64,000 nt of DNA, from the NCBI GenBank assembly GCA_051362555.1, contig CM120641.1, positions 15,624,001-15,688,000 of the forward strand, written 5' to 3'. The notes beneath the pieces were generated by a model. The model did no database searches. It worked only from the letters and a program-made list of their open reading frames with translations, and was not told where the DNA came from. Of the stretch, positions 13,304 to 26,600 are shown piece after piece (position 1 is the first letter of the stretch; every line of letters begins with the position of its first letter). Origin of the DNA: Lingula anatina. Taxonomy: Eukaryota; Animalia; Brachiopoda. The position numbers were made by a program, and so were the translations under genes.

Positions 13304-16300
13304 GAGACACTTTTGATAATTGTTAGGATAAAGCAAAAGTTCATAAAGATCTGTTTATATGTGTATAAATTTCAAAATATAATGCACCTTGGCTAGCCAA
13401 TTTCTGTACACTGAGATTCCTTATGTTTTGCTTTCAGTAACGTGTAGTTACAAAATGGGATTGAATTGTTTTAATAATTTCTCCTACAGCCTTATTTACG
13501 CTATAAAAAAGCACATACCAGTAGTGAAATAAAAATTATACATTATATAAAAATGGGAATTTTTATAAAGCTTATCCAATAAAAAACAAAAAGGAAAATG
13601 ACAAATTATGTGTTAGTAGCTGATATGAATGTTAAGTTTTTTTATAATCAATCAACCCAAATAAGAGCTAAAATAATATATAATTCTTTATATATATAAA
13701 TATATATAGAAAAGTTTAGCATAGTCAAACATTTTACGGCGACAATCTCCAGAACTTATTTACGCACATGCGCATTCAGAGGGGTAGTCCCCATTGAGGC
13801 ACATGTCTCTACTTATATCATTCAGCGTCACTGCCTGACCCCATTTCACGCTCGATTCATTCTGTTATCTCCAACCTTCAGCCTAAATCTTCTGTTCTAA
13901 AAAATTTCACCTGCTTTTACTTTGATGAGAACTTTCCAGCAGTTCACTCGATACAATGGGGCGTTACAGCATGTTTACAACACTAGGATGGAGGAGACAT
14001 AAAAATTGTAGCTCATCTGGGGCACAGAATAAAAAGAAGCAAATGTCAGTGGGCACTCCCTTATTTTCAGGATTTTCAGGACACTGCTGTGAAACTAAAA
14101 CAAAGAAAACCATATAAGAAACTAATTGTTCAGCATACATAAATGACACAAATTTTATATGCAAATAACTTGAAGTTGAAAATACCAGTATCACCATTGT
14201 CTGGTCATCATCATTTACTTTCTGTGACTAAACTAATTCTGTAGTAAGTTAAGAAAGCAATATAATAATATATACATAGAAATTTAATCAATTATATACA
14301 GTTGTATACAAAAATATCTCACCCTTTAGCCTCTTTCAACTAAATTTACTTCAGATTCTGCCTCTGCATTACTTAGCTGCTCACTACTGACTGGCACACA
14401 CTGCACTCTCTCAAGGGTGTGGCTGCCAAGCACTGTTCAGTTATGTAAATCAAGGTCATTATGTAAATGAAGTGCAGTAGGTGTGCTTGGCCAGATGTGC
14501 CTGAATAGTTTAGCTATTGGGTGGCAGACAATTCACACTTTTCTTTTTACTTTTTATATATTCTTAAGAAAATGCAGAGATTTTCTAAAATGCTTGTTAA
14601 TTTCAATTTTCCAGAGCTGTAAGTTACATATCTGGGGTAGCGCTAACACTCGCCAATTTAGCCAAATGCTAAAACTTACTTAAATTGGCTAAAGAAAAAA
14701 GACTTGATTTGACTTGTTTAAGTCAAATTACAACCATTTTGATAACAAAAAAAAAGTGGTGATTTGGCTGAGTAAAAAAAAAAAAATTGCTAGCACTACC
14801 CCAGCACATGATATACTTTGTTCTATAACATCCACAATTTTATTACACATGCCATTCAAACAAACAGCATCCCTGTAAATTACTTGGCCAATAAACATGC
14901 CCATTATGCTGTTCACAATTCAAAGACACCATTAGGATCTGGCCTAAACCAGATTCTGATTAGGATTTGGCCTAGTCCAGTTAGTAACTGGACTGGATTG
15001 GGATCTGGCCTGTGACATTTTCCATTCCCATTGTGAAATGCCCTAGTTGTTTTCCTGGCAGTCAGTTACTATAGATAATGATGCCACCAGACAAGTATTG
15101 AGTGTAGATTTTTTATCTTCCCAAATCCAATTTAGCATTTTCAAATACAGCAAGCATAATCCTTGGCATTGTCTGATCAAAAATATTATATGCGCCATTC
15201 CAGTGTCGACAATACCCGCATAAAGGACTTTGGCCCTGATAGATGCAGTGCAGAATGGATTATAAAGACAGGTGGAAAGATACGGTGGGCAGGCACCACC
15301 AGGTTTGAAGACAGTTACAATTCTTTGCCACCAGAACAGGACAGAAGCTACAAGTTGGAGGAAATCAATGCTGACAATTCTGAGATCATGGGAATGGGAT
15401 TTGCCAATTTCAGTGGGTATATTCCAGTTTGTGCATGTCATTGCTTGTCTTCTCTCTGACAGAGAGTATCAGAACATTCATTAAATTGTCCCCTTTTCTC
15501 ATTCTTATTTTTTCTCTGTTTACCTTAATACTATAATAGTATGTTTTGCCACCTGCTCACTTAAATTCATTTTAATTTTTTTAATACAGATAATAGTAAC
15601 ATATTATGAAAAAGGAAATATATTTTTAAATTGACAAATCTGCTACAATATCCTAAACAATTATTAGCAGTTTGCAATTTTTGAAAATACTAATCAATTA
15701 TTTATTTGCAGGAGGTATAAAAAATTTGAAAAAATTGACGATGAACAACTGTAAATATTTGGATGATGAAGGCATGTTTTATCTGGAGGAGCACACGTCT
15801 GACTGCCTGGAACACTTAGAGCTCAGCCATTGTAAGGTGACAGAGGCAGGCCTGCAGCACCTGACTCACCTAAGGTACTTGTCTCAACCACAACAAGTCT
15901 TTCACAACAAACTCACATTGCTATGATATTATTCTACAATGCCAAATTAGTCTAGGGATTGATACTTAAAGGCGCTGTCACACTTTCTTTCAGAATTGTG
16001 TTTTATTAATATGTAATGTAAATAGTTATTGATAAGTTATGGTGTAAAATGCTGTTTTAAATTTTTTTTTTTTTGTTACCTGATATTGTTTTGTTTAGTT
16101 ATATACAAATCAAATCACTGCTGTGTTTCTAGGTGTATGTTATTAAATAATTTCTTAAGATAGCCATTGGTAAAATCATACATAATTTTTTTTCTTCTTT
16201 TTCTCCCCACAGGAAATTAAAAGTTTTAAAAGCCCACCATCTGTCTGGTGTAAAGAATCCTGAGGACATCGAAAAGAATATGCAATCAGCCCTACCCTCC

Positions 16301-16321
16301 TGTGATGTCAGTATCAAATAA
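6972..16321 (+). CDS. ATP5S: ATP synthase subunit s / coupling factor B, mitochondrial (DMAC2L/ATP5S), 5 coding exons
   Basis: Exons 6972-7040, 7320-7534, 15204-15412, 15712-15874, 16213-16321 join in frame: presequence-like MSASMKRILCCSR.., then FFSWFRRGLNA|VDNTRIKDFGPDRCSAEWIIKTGG..YNSLP..YKLEEINADNSEIMGMGF..CKYLDD..LELSHCKVTEAGL..HLSGVKNPE..ALPSCDV*, matching the factor B pattern (VD.RI..GPDR..EW; LRR C-terminus). Confidence 0.88.
7655..7705. repeat. (TA)n microsatellite
   Basis: About 25 perfect TA units. Confidence 0.95.
8898..9066 (+). pseudogene. Degenerate PHD-finger coding fragment (probably transposon-derived)
   Basis: Translates as CSFG*KDTEDNMIVCDGKFCPNGWYHYACVDLME*TIPKGN/WFCATCQNSRKRK, an ING-type C4HC3 pattern with two stops and a frameshift. 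Confidence 0.7.
10050..10140. mobile_element. Short MITE with CTGGGGT(A/G)GCGCTA terminal inverted repeats
   Basis: CTGGGGTGGCGCTAG ... TTAGCGCTACCCCAG, flanked by a TTAGA direct repeat; second inverted copy at 14632-14804. Confidence 0.6.
11140..12760 (+). mobile_element. Degenerate P-element/THAP9-type transposase inside ATP5S intron 2
   Basis: Collinear motifs across frameshifts: YICKWDHC..H zinc-finger-like segment, MRWYPQIL, YERMGKSGYIRLPSSRTLQDF, LPIDEVKIKEGLVW..LEGFVDL, FSYPVGYF, YDGTFENRRFM, LFFISDPTHLVKK, RLSQDVVENWFSLQRGSGGGN (DDE core of P-element transposases). Confidence 0.85.
14632..14804. mobile_element. MITE, second copy of the CTGGGGTAGCGCTA-TIR family
   Basis: CTGGGGTAGCGCTAACACTCG ... 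AATTGCTAGCACTACCCCAG; inverted relative to 10050-10140. Confidence 0.6.
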
Positions 16322-17967
16322 TGAAGTCCAAATGTCAAGGTTTTCTTGGGTTTTCAAAGATTGGTTAACCTCACTGTGTAGAGTCAGCACTGTGCATTTT
16401 TAGGACGGGAGCATGATAGATGGTGAGAGAAGAGGATCATGATGTGAAGGTTTAACAAAAATTAGGAAGATTTTGCATTGTGATATGTGAATTACATAAA
16501 AAAACTGTGAGCCAAGCACTTGTTTTGCCCCGAAAATTTCTAGAATGTACAACTGCACTTACTGCACAAGATGACATTTGTGGCAAAACACCATGAATAT
16601 ATTCTAGATTACACGCACTGTGAAACTTTTCATTTAACAATTGTTTTGGTGCCAAGAAGAGAGGATTTGACGTAAGTGTTTTTTACATGCCAGCAAGTTG
16701 TCTAAAATAGAGGTCACGCTGAAACAACTATCACACTGCATTATTTATAATACTGTGATGCAGTGCCTGATATTGTCTTATAAATATGATTCACATCAGA
16801 AATGTCTTCGCACGTGATTGTCCATAGACCTCAAACATTGTATTTGTATAGCCTGGTGACATTGTCAACTGCCATTCCTAATTGCAGAAATTTTGTTTGT
16901 GACATCAGCTCAAAAGTTTGAAATGATAATCTTTATATTGAATGTAAAAAAGTGATTTTTGTGATGATGAAATATAACAAAATTACCACAACTGCAGTTA
17001 TTGTCATAGTTTACAAACTATCGGTACAGGTCTTAACAGTTATTATTAGACTTACATGTACCATAGTTTAAAGGATATGTTCTTAATTACATTTTACAAG
17101 ACCATGTGTCACAAAGCAAAGCAACAAAAAATATTTAAAATCTTTAAAGAGACAACATTTTTTATGATGAGTGAGCTGAAGGCAGGCTGCCATGAACTCA
17201 AGTGGTGGACATGCAGCTTAACGGAACCAGCACTATAATTATGTAGATTGGACACCCTCCCATTTGATAAATGGTTCAGGATTGGTTAGATAAAATGCAC
17301 TGGACAGTGACCATATCAAGATGATCTTTATTTTTGCTAAGTAAAGTATAAAAACTTGACCAATATATGCATATTCTTACAATGACTATATTCAGAATAT
17401 GACAGCATTTTTGTACAAACTGATTAAAAGGACATTGTCTATTACAAATAATATATTATCTTATTTCACTTACAGTATTTTACATTAAAGCTTTGGAGAG
17501 AGACCTATATTTCTGACTGTCTTGCTACTTTTGATTTGCCTTATATCAATAGGCAAATTATTTCATACCACATTTTCAAATTTCTCTCATGGCAACTGTA
17601 GTATTAGTAAATGTGCTTATTTACATTGAATAACTATATTATGTGCTCATGCCATGATTCAATCTTTCTAGTTCATCTACCTCATTAAGACATGGTACAA
17701 AATTTATTTTCTAGGTTTCTTACTTTAAATATACATTCTTGTTCCCACTAATTAACTAGAAGGGCAAAAACATACAGGTATTACAAATGTACAAAATACT
17801 GTGCACTATTTTAAAGCTTCATAGAATCATAGTATTCTACCAGTCGTGCTGGTATTCTGTCTGACCCAAGTGATCTTGGCCTTTTGTCAAATCTGACCAG
17901 AAATAATCCTCAGAAGTTTTTACAGTAAAAAGATTAAAAAGACTCATTCTCTTTTACGAGTCTCCTC

Positions 17968-19512
17968 TCAAGTTGCATGATTATGATTTGTGAATGAATT
18001 CATACGATTTGTGAATGTATTTGCAATAGGAATTGTTTCATAAGTTGGACCGTAAGGGTTAATATAATTATAGCCCTCATCCCTCACTTGTTCATACCCC
18101 TCCAGAGCATTGATTTCTATTGTGCTCTCACAGGCGGCAGCATTAAAATGCACATGGGCGCCTTTGTTTGATGGCATTTCCAATCTCTTGGCATGGGCCT
18201 TGAGAGTTGCTGAACACTTTTTCAAGCGCCTACAGACCACAACAGCAAACACTATGGTGAAAAAAACTGAAAGCACTGCAATTGCTAAGGCAATGTAAAC
18301 AAGGCTGAGAAGGCTGAAGCTGCCTGATGATGACATTAAAGGACTTATTGTCACCTTTGTGTCACCAGTAGGGCCACCCAGAGAGCCAGTGGGGCGAGAG
18401 GTAACTTGTGATGTGGATCCAATGGGTAAGGAACCCTTCTCAGTGCAAGGCATGCCCCACAAATACATGTCCTGTATAGAACAGTCATCATGTGGGAAGC
18501 TATTGATAAGAAGTCCAGTGTATTCATTAGGTTCAGCGCATGTTGCTGCAGGGAATGGTGCATGTGGTAGTCGTGCATTTCGATACCATATTAGTTGACA
18601 GTCGCATATAAATGGGTTACCATTCAAGGCCAGAACTTCCAAAAGCTGCAGCCCTCTAAAGGCACAAAATTGAAGTCTTTTCAGGTGGTTGAAACTTAAA
18701 TCAATCTGTCTTAGGTTATAATCCAATCCATAGAATGCTTGTGGGGAAATTTCTTCAATTTCATTCCCTGACACTGAAAGTCGGAACAATAGATCTAACG
18801 TTTTGAAGGTTTGTGCTGGAAGTGTTTTCAGCTTGTTCTCTGCAATTTCCAAGTTTTCCAAATTCTTCATGCCATTCAGAACTTCCTTATCTATGACCTC
18901 CAATTTGTTCCAATTAAGGAGAAGAGTTTGAAGTTGATCAAGGTATTTCAAGGACTGGGGAAATCTCTCCAGTTTGTTTTGTGAAAGGTCCAACACTGCC
19001 AACCTTTGCCCAAGAAGGTGAAATACATCTGCACCTTCTGTGGTAAGTCTGTTTGTCCGCAGTGAAAGCCACTTGATATTTCTCAATCCCTGCAGAGCAC
19101 TTACATTTGAAAGCAAGTTGTGGCTCAAATCCAAATCTTGAAGCGTTTCTTCCACACCAGAAAAAGCATAAGGTTGAAGATCATTGATGTTATTATGGTT
19201 GAAATTGAGACCTTTAAGAGTGGTGATCCCTTTGAATGCATAATCATCAACTTTTGTCAAGAACCCACCTGAGAGGTTTATCTCTACAATATTGAATGAA
19301 GAGTTGATGTTGAATTTGGGTATTGCATCCAGTTCTCTCCAAGAGCAGTCAATGGTCCATTGTTCCTTTGTGAAGATACAAGTACAAGGGGTACCTTGAC
19401 ATGGGCCTGGTATATCTGCATCAGGGTAGTCCCTGTCACCTACTGAATCTACATAGCCATTTCTTGTCAATAAGAGTAAAACAAGGAGAAAACCAATCAG
19501 TTTCCAATCCAT
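17968..19512 (-). CDS. Type I membrane leucine-rich-repeat receptor-like protein (signal peptide, LRRNT, ~10 LRRs, LRRCT, TM, tyrosine-motif tail), single coding exon, 514 aa
   Basis: Uninterrupted ORF: MDWKLIGFLLVLLLL signal peptide; CQGTPCTC..IDCS LRRNT; LxxLxLxxNxL repeats; NPFICDCQL..ATC..P LRRCT; TM LVYIALAIAVLSVFFTIVFAVVVC followed by RRLKK. A splice acceptor just upstream of the ATG (~19531) implies a non-coding 5' exon. Confidence 0.9.
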   Translation of the reverse strand: MDWKLIGFLLVLLLLTRNGYVDSVGDRDYPDADIPGPCQGTPCTCIFTKEQWTIDCSWRELDAIPKFNINSSFNIVEINLSGGFLTKVDDYAFKGITTLKGLNFNHNNINDLQPYAFSGVEETLQDLDLSHNLLSNVSALQGLRNIKWLSLRTNRLTTEGADVFHLLGQRLAVLDLSQNKLERFPQSLKYLDQLQTLLLNWNKLEVIDKEVLNGMKNLENLEIAENKLKTLPAQTFKTLDLLFRLSVSGNEIEEISPQAFYGLDYNLRQIDLSFNHLKRLQFCAFRGLQLLEVLALNGNPFICDCQLIWYRNARLPHAPFPAATCAEPNEYTGLLINSFPHDDCSIQDMYLWGMPCTEKGSLPIGSTSQVTSRPTGSLGGPTGDTKVTISPLMSSSGSFSLLSLVYIALAIAVLSVFFTIVFAVVVCRRLKKCSATLKAHAKRLEMPSNKGAHVHFNAAACESTIEINALEGYEQVRDEGYNYINPYGPTYETIPIANTFTNRMNSFTNHNHAT

Positions 19513-20635
19513 GCTTGCTCGATTGAAAGCCTGAGCATGTAGAAAAAAATACTAGAATATAAATAATACATCAGTAGAAATAAAACATGATTGAAAGTTC
19601 ATCACTAGCACCCCAAATGAAGATGGAGCTCATTGTTACTGTGGAAATCTGAATCATTAATTCTCCTATTCATATTATTCGAGATACTTAACAGTAAGCA
19701 GCGTGACTCATTAGCCTGTCTTCACCAGTAGTTCTCAAGTCACGCTCAGATAACCATCAAGGCACAGTAGGAAGTCAGGATCTTCACCTCAATTGTAGCT
19801 TTTGGTCTAGCAATTTAAGACCATACTCCTAATCTGATAACTGCCGACTTATTCTGAGCAGCTATCATTATAAAAAACAACTCCGCTTGTTAAAGATAAA
19901 CCAGTTTAAAGGAAAACCAAGAATTTTGCATTGAAATACTAGACTAGTGACATTATCCTCATAGTGCGTTCAACACAAACTTGAAATCAAAAGTTCTATT
20001 ATTTAATCTTTGTGAAGACATCATGCAATCACAAATGTAGTTAAAATGGCACCAGATCCCTGTCTCAGTGATTGGTCACGAGTGACCTTTAAATACTATA
20101 ATCCAGTTTAAAAAAAACAAAGATATCATAACCTCACTTTCGTGGTAACAAGCTCCTTTAAATATTTGTTTACATCTTTTATGAAAACTAAAAAACTAAT
20201 TTTTGTTTATATCAATTTCAACATTATCAGGTTGGCATGACTTTTATCAGGATCAATCAAGTTGTTTATAAACAAACCTGAAGAGACCACATGATAATTG
20301 TTGGGTGGGGCAGTGCAGCACTTGATAAAATTATCAGTGGTCAGTTGTAAGTCCTAACTGTCACAGAGTCACAAAAGAGTGATAAAGAAATAAGGACATT
20401 TTTGCAACAGAAAGAAACCACTACTATTTTAAGATTTATTTTATTATCTGACTTACAGTTTGTCTATGATACAAATTCGAGTACCACAATACCTCATAGT
20501 AATTTTAAATTTGGCATGATAATGAGAAAATATTCTATATATTCTTTAAATATAGCAGTTTCTTTAAAAAACTGAACCAGCAGAATACCTCCAGTAAAAA
20601 TATTCAATTCTTTGCAATTCTAGATGCATCAAATA

Positions 20636-23600
20636 TTATCTTTTACTTTTTGACTTCTTTTTGCCCTTAAACTGTTGTTTTTTGGGTTTATTTCCAGCAA
20701 ACTGTCCTCTGTGTTTTGCACCTCTTTGTTGTCTCTTCTTTGTCCTCCAGTCTCGACCCTGCACCCAGCGGTCCCTGTCTGCCTCCCACTTCAACTGCTT
20801 CACACCTGGAATTAAATGTTTGCAGAATTATCACAAAAATTCATGAGATGGCCATACATTAATCAATCAATTTCAAACCACCATTATACCAAGTTGGCCT
20901 TAGTAGATGTAAACAAAACAATAAAAAATCCATTTATATCCAAAACAAATTAAAGAACCTCTTTCATAAAGTTAAATCAGTCACTTCCAATGTACATTTT
21001 GTTTTGTAAACAATATTTTAAGTAAGGTTCATACACAGAGTGACGACGGTATGTATCTTTGTACAAGTCACGGGTAATTTCAGAGCACCCCAATTTATCT
21101 TCTCTTGGCATCTATCCTTTTTCTGAATTACATTATCACACAGGAAAGAGATGTGCGAGGTACGCTAGCGTCACAAATAAGTGTAATTATAACTGCACCT
21201 ACCTGCATTATCTTTGTTTGACATAGCCTCCGTGCTAATCAGATCTAACTTGGAGCTGGCATTCTCATCAATAAGATGGGCAAACTACAAATACATTAGC
21301 AGAAAATGTCAACTTTAAAATGATAACTACATATTAAAATACATTGTGTGTGAGAGAGAGAGAGAGAGAAAGAGAGAGATGAGGAAATGGCATTTTGTTA
21401 TCTTATCTAAAATAAAAACTGCCCAGTTTTCATACAACTAAACAAGGCAGTATGGTCCTCTATTGTTTATTTTTCCACATTCTAGCTTTAAGAAATTAAA
21501 GGCATAACAACTGTTTGTATGAGATTCATATTTCACAATAAAAACATTGTAAACAACTCATAGAAATAAAATCAATTCCATGTTACCACCAAAACAGCAG
21601 TTATTGCAATTATTCTGGAATCTGATTGACATTAGACCACGAAGACCTTCAAAGGTAGCTATACCTACATAATAATCTCTTAAATACCAAACTTTTTGGA
21701 ATAAATAATGGTCCAACTTTGGATGTCAGAATGGATTCATTAACCACTGGTAGGTATGGGAAAATAGTTGTTTACCCCAGGAAAGACATTTTTTGGCCAA
21801 AAGGAAGTTGTTATTCCTTTAATCAATTGCTAGTCCATCTTAAGCATAGTTTCTGAATCGGTTCATTTGTGGGATAGTTATTGTCTACTCAAATGAAATT
21901 ATATCCCATGATACACTTCTTAACAAAGCAATCATAACAATATCTGTAATGAAGCTTATGATCTAATTAAAATATAAAATCACTCACTTCCTCAGCAGCA
22001 GCAAACAGCCCAGAAGTGTCAAATCTAAATTAAAAGTACAAATGATATAATATTTTAGAATACATATATGTGATGCATGTTGAATAAACAGGCAATTATG
22101 ACTTAATATGTATGATTTATCATCCAACAACCAGACCATTTATTATATGCACATACTGTGCACACATTATACTAGACTGTACACTTTTTATTGTAGACTA
22201 CTTTTTTTGCATAATTCTTATCTATAATCAGAAATATGATATTTTATCTCATTTCAACTTCTTACTCTGATTTCTTTCTCTTTGACCCCTTTCCACTAAA
22301 AAAGTCATCTGCTGAATGTCGTTTATTTTGTTTCCGATCAGTTGCTTTTGATATGGCAGCTTCATCTGGAGAAAAAATGGTTTGGTGCAATTTTAAACTA
22401 AAAACTCAATACAACAATTTTCAACATATAGAGAATAAATTTTATAAATGTCCAACAGTCAACATCAAATTAGACACAAGTATATATCATGTAAAATTTA
22501 CATGACGTTATATAATATTTACATGAATTATGTGCAAGATGCAAGAAAATTTAAATTTAATTGTAATTATTTTCCCAGTACCTTCAGATAGTTCTGAGTT
22601 CTCTTCATCCTCCCCATCAAAGTCATCTTCATCAATAAATGCATCCTTGAAGTCATCATCACCAAAATCAGGCTCTTCATCTGATAAATCATCATCTATA
22701 TCTTCATCCATATCATCATCATCTTCTTCTTCTTCATCATCAGGTTTCTTTTTCTTCTTGTTTGTTTGTTTTCCAAACTCACTAGAAAAAATTCATTCAA
22801 ATGAATCCATTCTGGCAAAGATATTAAAATAATGCATGTATTCATAAGAATTAGTTTAAATGAGAAAAGGTTTATAAAATTTAACATCATACAAGAATAA
22901 CATTATGAGTAGCAGGGTATGTTTTATTTTAAATAGCTTTCTATTAATTTAAAAAAATGAAAACAGCAATCCTACCCTGCAAAGTCAAACTCTACATCTT
23001 GGTCCATGTCAAATTGTTTCTCATAAGAATCTGAAAAAAGAGCACAATACATATAAGAGGCAGGTTTCGAGTAAATCTTCACAACAAATCTCAAGTATAA
23101 CACTGAAATGACAGATATTAATCCTACACAAAAATTTAACCGAATTAGAAAAACAAAGAAAACATTCAAAGCTTAGAAGTGTAGTAAAGCTATTAGCTAT
23201 TCATGAGTAAATCGACATTGTTTTATGACTTTTATCTAATAACACCAACATAAAAACACTTTAAAATATCTAATTTAGTTTTTAATTTAGGCAAGATGAT
23301 ATTAAAAACATACCTAAAAAGTCATCAAACTCCTCATCACTGACGCTTTCAGCATCACTATCTTCATCATCTACCTCCTTCTTTTTGGATGCCTTTTCAC
23401 TAAAATACCTGTAACAATACAAAATGTATAATGGAGGCTAGGTAATACTATGAAAGAATGTAGTGGAGAGCAAACCCTCAAAATTTCAATCACAGATGGG
23501 TAATATTTATATCTGATCAGGATAAGACTTTTTTCTGACATAGAAAATAATACTGTAATTCAGAAAATAAAAATAATTTTAAAAAAAGTTGAATGCCAAT

Positions 23601-26600
23601 TGTAACAACAACAGATCATAAAATATTTGTGAATGGCGCATTTAGCTCATAGTGCTGTTTTGCACTGTAACTATTAAACAAGGCAGCAAAGCTGTCAAAT
23701 GTACAGACAAAAAGCAGGAAATAACTATGCACAAAATAGGCTACTGTCAATTCTGATGCAAAAGTACATTAAGTTAAACTGCAAATTCAACATCAAATTT
23801 TAATTATGCTCAACAGGTAATACCAATGTAAGTAAAATGTGTAACAAGCATAAGGCTTCAGGCCCATGGGAGTTCAAGTTCGCACTTTGAAAATGTATAA
23901 CTTCCAGAAAAAGAAGCCAATTAGACCGTTTTTCCAACTCAGGCTGCATTTTTAGTCCTGTATTTCTTTTTTGAAAGTTTGGCAATCATAAGTAACATGG
24001 TCATAATGGTCATCATGGCAGCAGCACCCAAAACTGTGTTTTCTTCTATTCTGATGCAATATTACATAATGGTTAACAGCATAATGACCGTCAATTTTTA
24101 ATAATAAAATATACGTATCATGTATTTTCAGAAAATGTGACTAGCATGGGTATCCAAGCCCGTGGAACTTCAAAGTCCCACCTTGAAAATGCCAATATGT
24201 GAAAAATTAAAGTTTCACAAAAAAACTGTTTAACTGGCAGTAAAAATTACCAAACAAACTGCATTGCCTACTGAAGCTGTATTTTAGTCCCATGTTTCTT
24301 TCCTGTTAGTTTGAAAACAGTAAGTGACATGGTTTTTCTGAAATGGTCATCATGGGAGCAGTGCCCAAAATAGGGGTTTCTTCAAATTTTGATGCAACAT
24401 TACATAATGTTTAACAGCATAATGACCATCAATTTTTAATAATAAAATATTAGTAACATGGACATTCAGAAAACGTGACCAGCAAAGGTCTTCAGGCCAA
24501 TGGAACTTCAAAGTCACACCTTGAAAATGCCAAAATGTAAACAAGACAGCACTGTTCTGACATGGGTTTATTTCCATTTTTAACACTTTTTTAACATAAA
24601 ACAAAATAAACAGTTTACTGCAATTTTTATATGATCAACTAAGAAAATTGATGAGATGGGAAAAATATCAATAGAACAGTGTTAAATGTCCAATTTCCTC
24701 CATTCTGAGATTCTGAACATAGTGGATGATTGAATCTGACAAACTGCAATAATATGAGTTTATTTCCATTTTTGACACTTTATTACACAATACACGATAA
24801 CAAGTTTACCATCAATTTTACATAATCAACTAACAATGTTGTAAGGATGCAGGAAATGTCAAACAAACACTTTTACGTATCTAATTAGTTAAATAATAAG
24901 GCTATTAACATGCCTAAGAACTGAATCTGAGGAAATGTGAAAAAACAGCATAACTTCTAAAATAATGGCCCGATTATGCTGATTTTCGAACTCAACCTGC
25001 GTTTAAGTAAGATTGGCCAATCCTGTGAGTTTAATGACAATTGGCTTATCTGTTTTTCTTATATTGTGTTTAAAGTGTTGCATATATGCTGAAAAATGAA
25101 AAAATCAGCATAACTACTAAAATAGTGGCCCGATCATGCTGATTTTCAAACTTGTCCTGCGTTTTAGTAAGATTGATTACTCCTGTGAGTTTCATGACAA
25201 CAGGCCTAACGGTTTTCCTTAAAATGTGTTAACAGGGTTGCATATATGCTGAAAAGTGAAAAAACAGCATAACTTCTACAATAATGGCCCGATCATGCTG
25301 ATTTTCGAACTTGACCTGCGTTTTATGAATATTCATCAGCTCTGTAAATATAAAAGCAAAAAATAAAACTGTGTTCCACTTATCGTGTTTACAAGGAAAG
25401 TGCACGGCATCGGCATCGGCGACGACAGACACAGGTGATGGCAATATGTACAGACACATCTGTGTCTGTACATAATAATCAATTACTACAGGATGCATCA
25501 AGCTTGCCTATAAAAGAACTTTTCATCCACTGGGACACCCTCCTCCCCCCTCTCCAAGTATTTCTCACTGTTCACTGGTACTGCCTTCAGTCCCTGGGGC
25601 TGATACCCCCGCTGCTTACGGTTCATCATACCACCGGTCACTTCAGCTGAAGTTATACAAAATGGATAAAGAGTCTGACAAATGTGTAAAACCAAAAGAA
25701 ACTGGTTTATCTACATTAGACATAGGAGACATATTTTTAAAATTCCCAACTGCTTGTTCACTTTTTCAATTAAATTTACCTGTTGCTTTCTTCTTGGGAT
25801 TTCTGAACACAAATCTGTCTAGAAATCTGATGAGAGTAAAATCCTGGAGAGGATCCCCTGGATACGACACCAATTCTCTCTGTAACCAAACAGAAGGTGT
25901 GACATAAACCAACACAATCAATGTTATAACCCTGTGGGTATCAATGACGTAAATATGATGATATGTGGAAGCAGTTTTTCATTAAATATGTTCACAATAT
26001 TGACAAATATGTCAGTAAAACAATCTAAAATCTAGCAAAAAAAAATCATGTTGCTGACTCATCTTCTTCTATTGAGTGAAAATTTGCATGGTTATTACAG
26101 AATCCAGATTCACATACTTGCAGCACTTTCTGTGCAAACAAGGCAACAGAGGGGTGATAGTGCTGTGCTAGCTGCTTCAGTTCCACCTCACTGGCAGCAT
26201 CAGCTTTACAGTACAGAGGATTCCTATGGTGGGGATCATAATCTACAGTCTCCTGCTTCACTGAAATATAAGACAGAATGTAAAGAGGGCTTTTATGTTT
26301 GGCCATAAAATATTCAATTTAAAGAGTGATATTGATGTATTATACTTATAGATTTCTGTTGCAACAAAGTGTTATAACACAAATCTTTGTGTATCACCCC
26401 TCCACAGCACTTTAATTAAAAAATGTAGATTTTGTCATAGATTTTGCAATACCGAGTTTACCTCCCAAATTTTGCCTATGAACCCAAGAGCTCTTTACTG
26501 GTTTGCTGATAGAATTTTCACTTGGCTCTTCATTAGTCTTGTCACTGGTTTCCTGACCTTCATCTCCTTCCTCCCTTACATCTTGAAAATGTTCCTCTTC

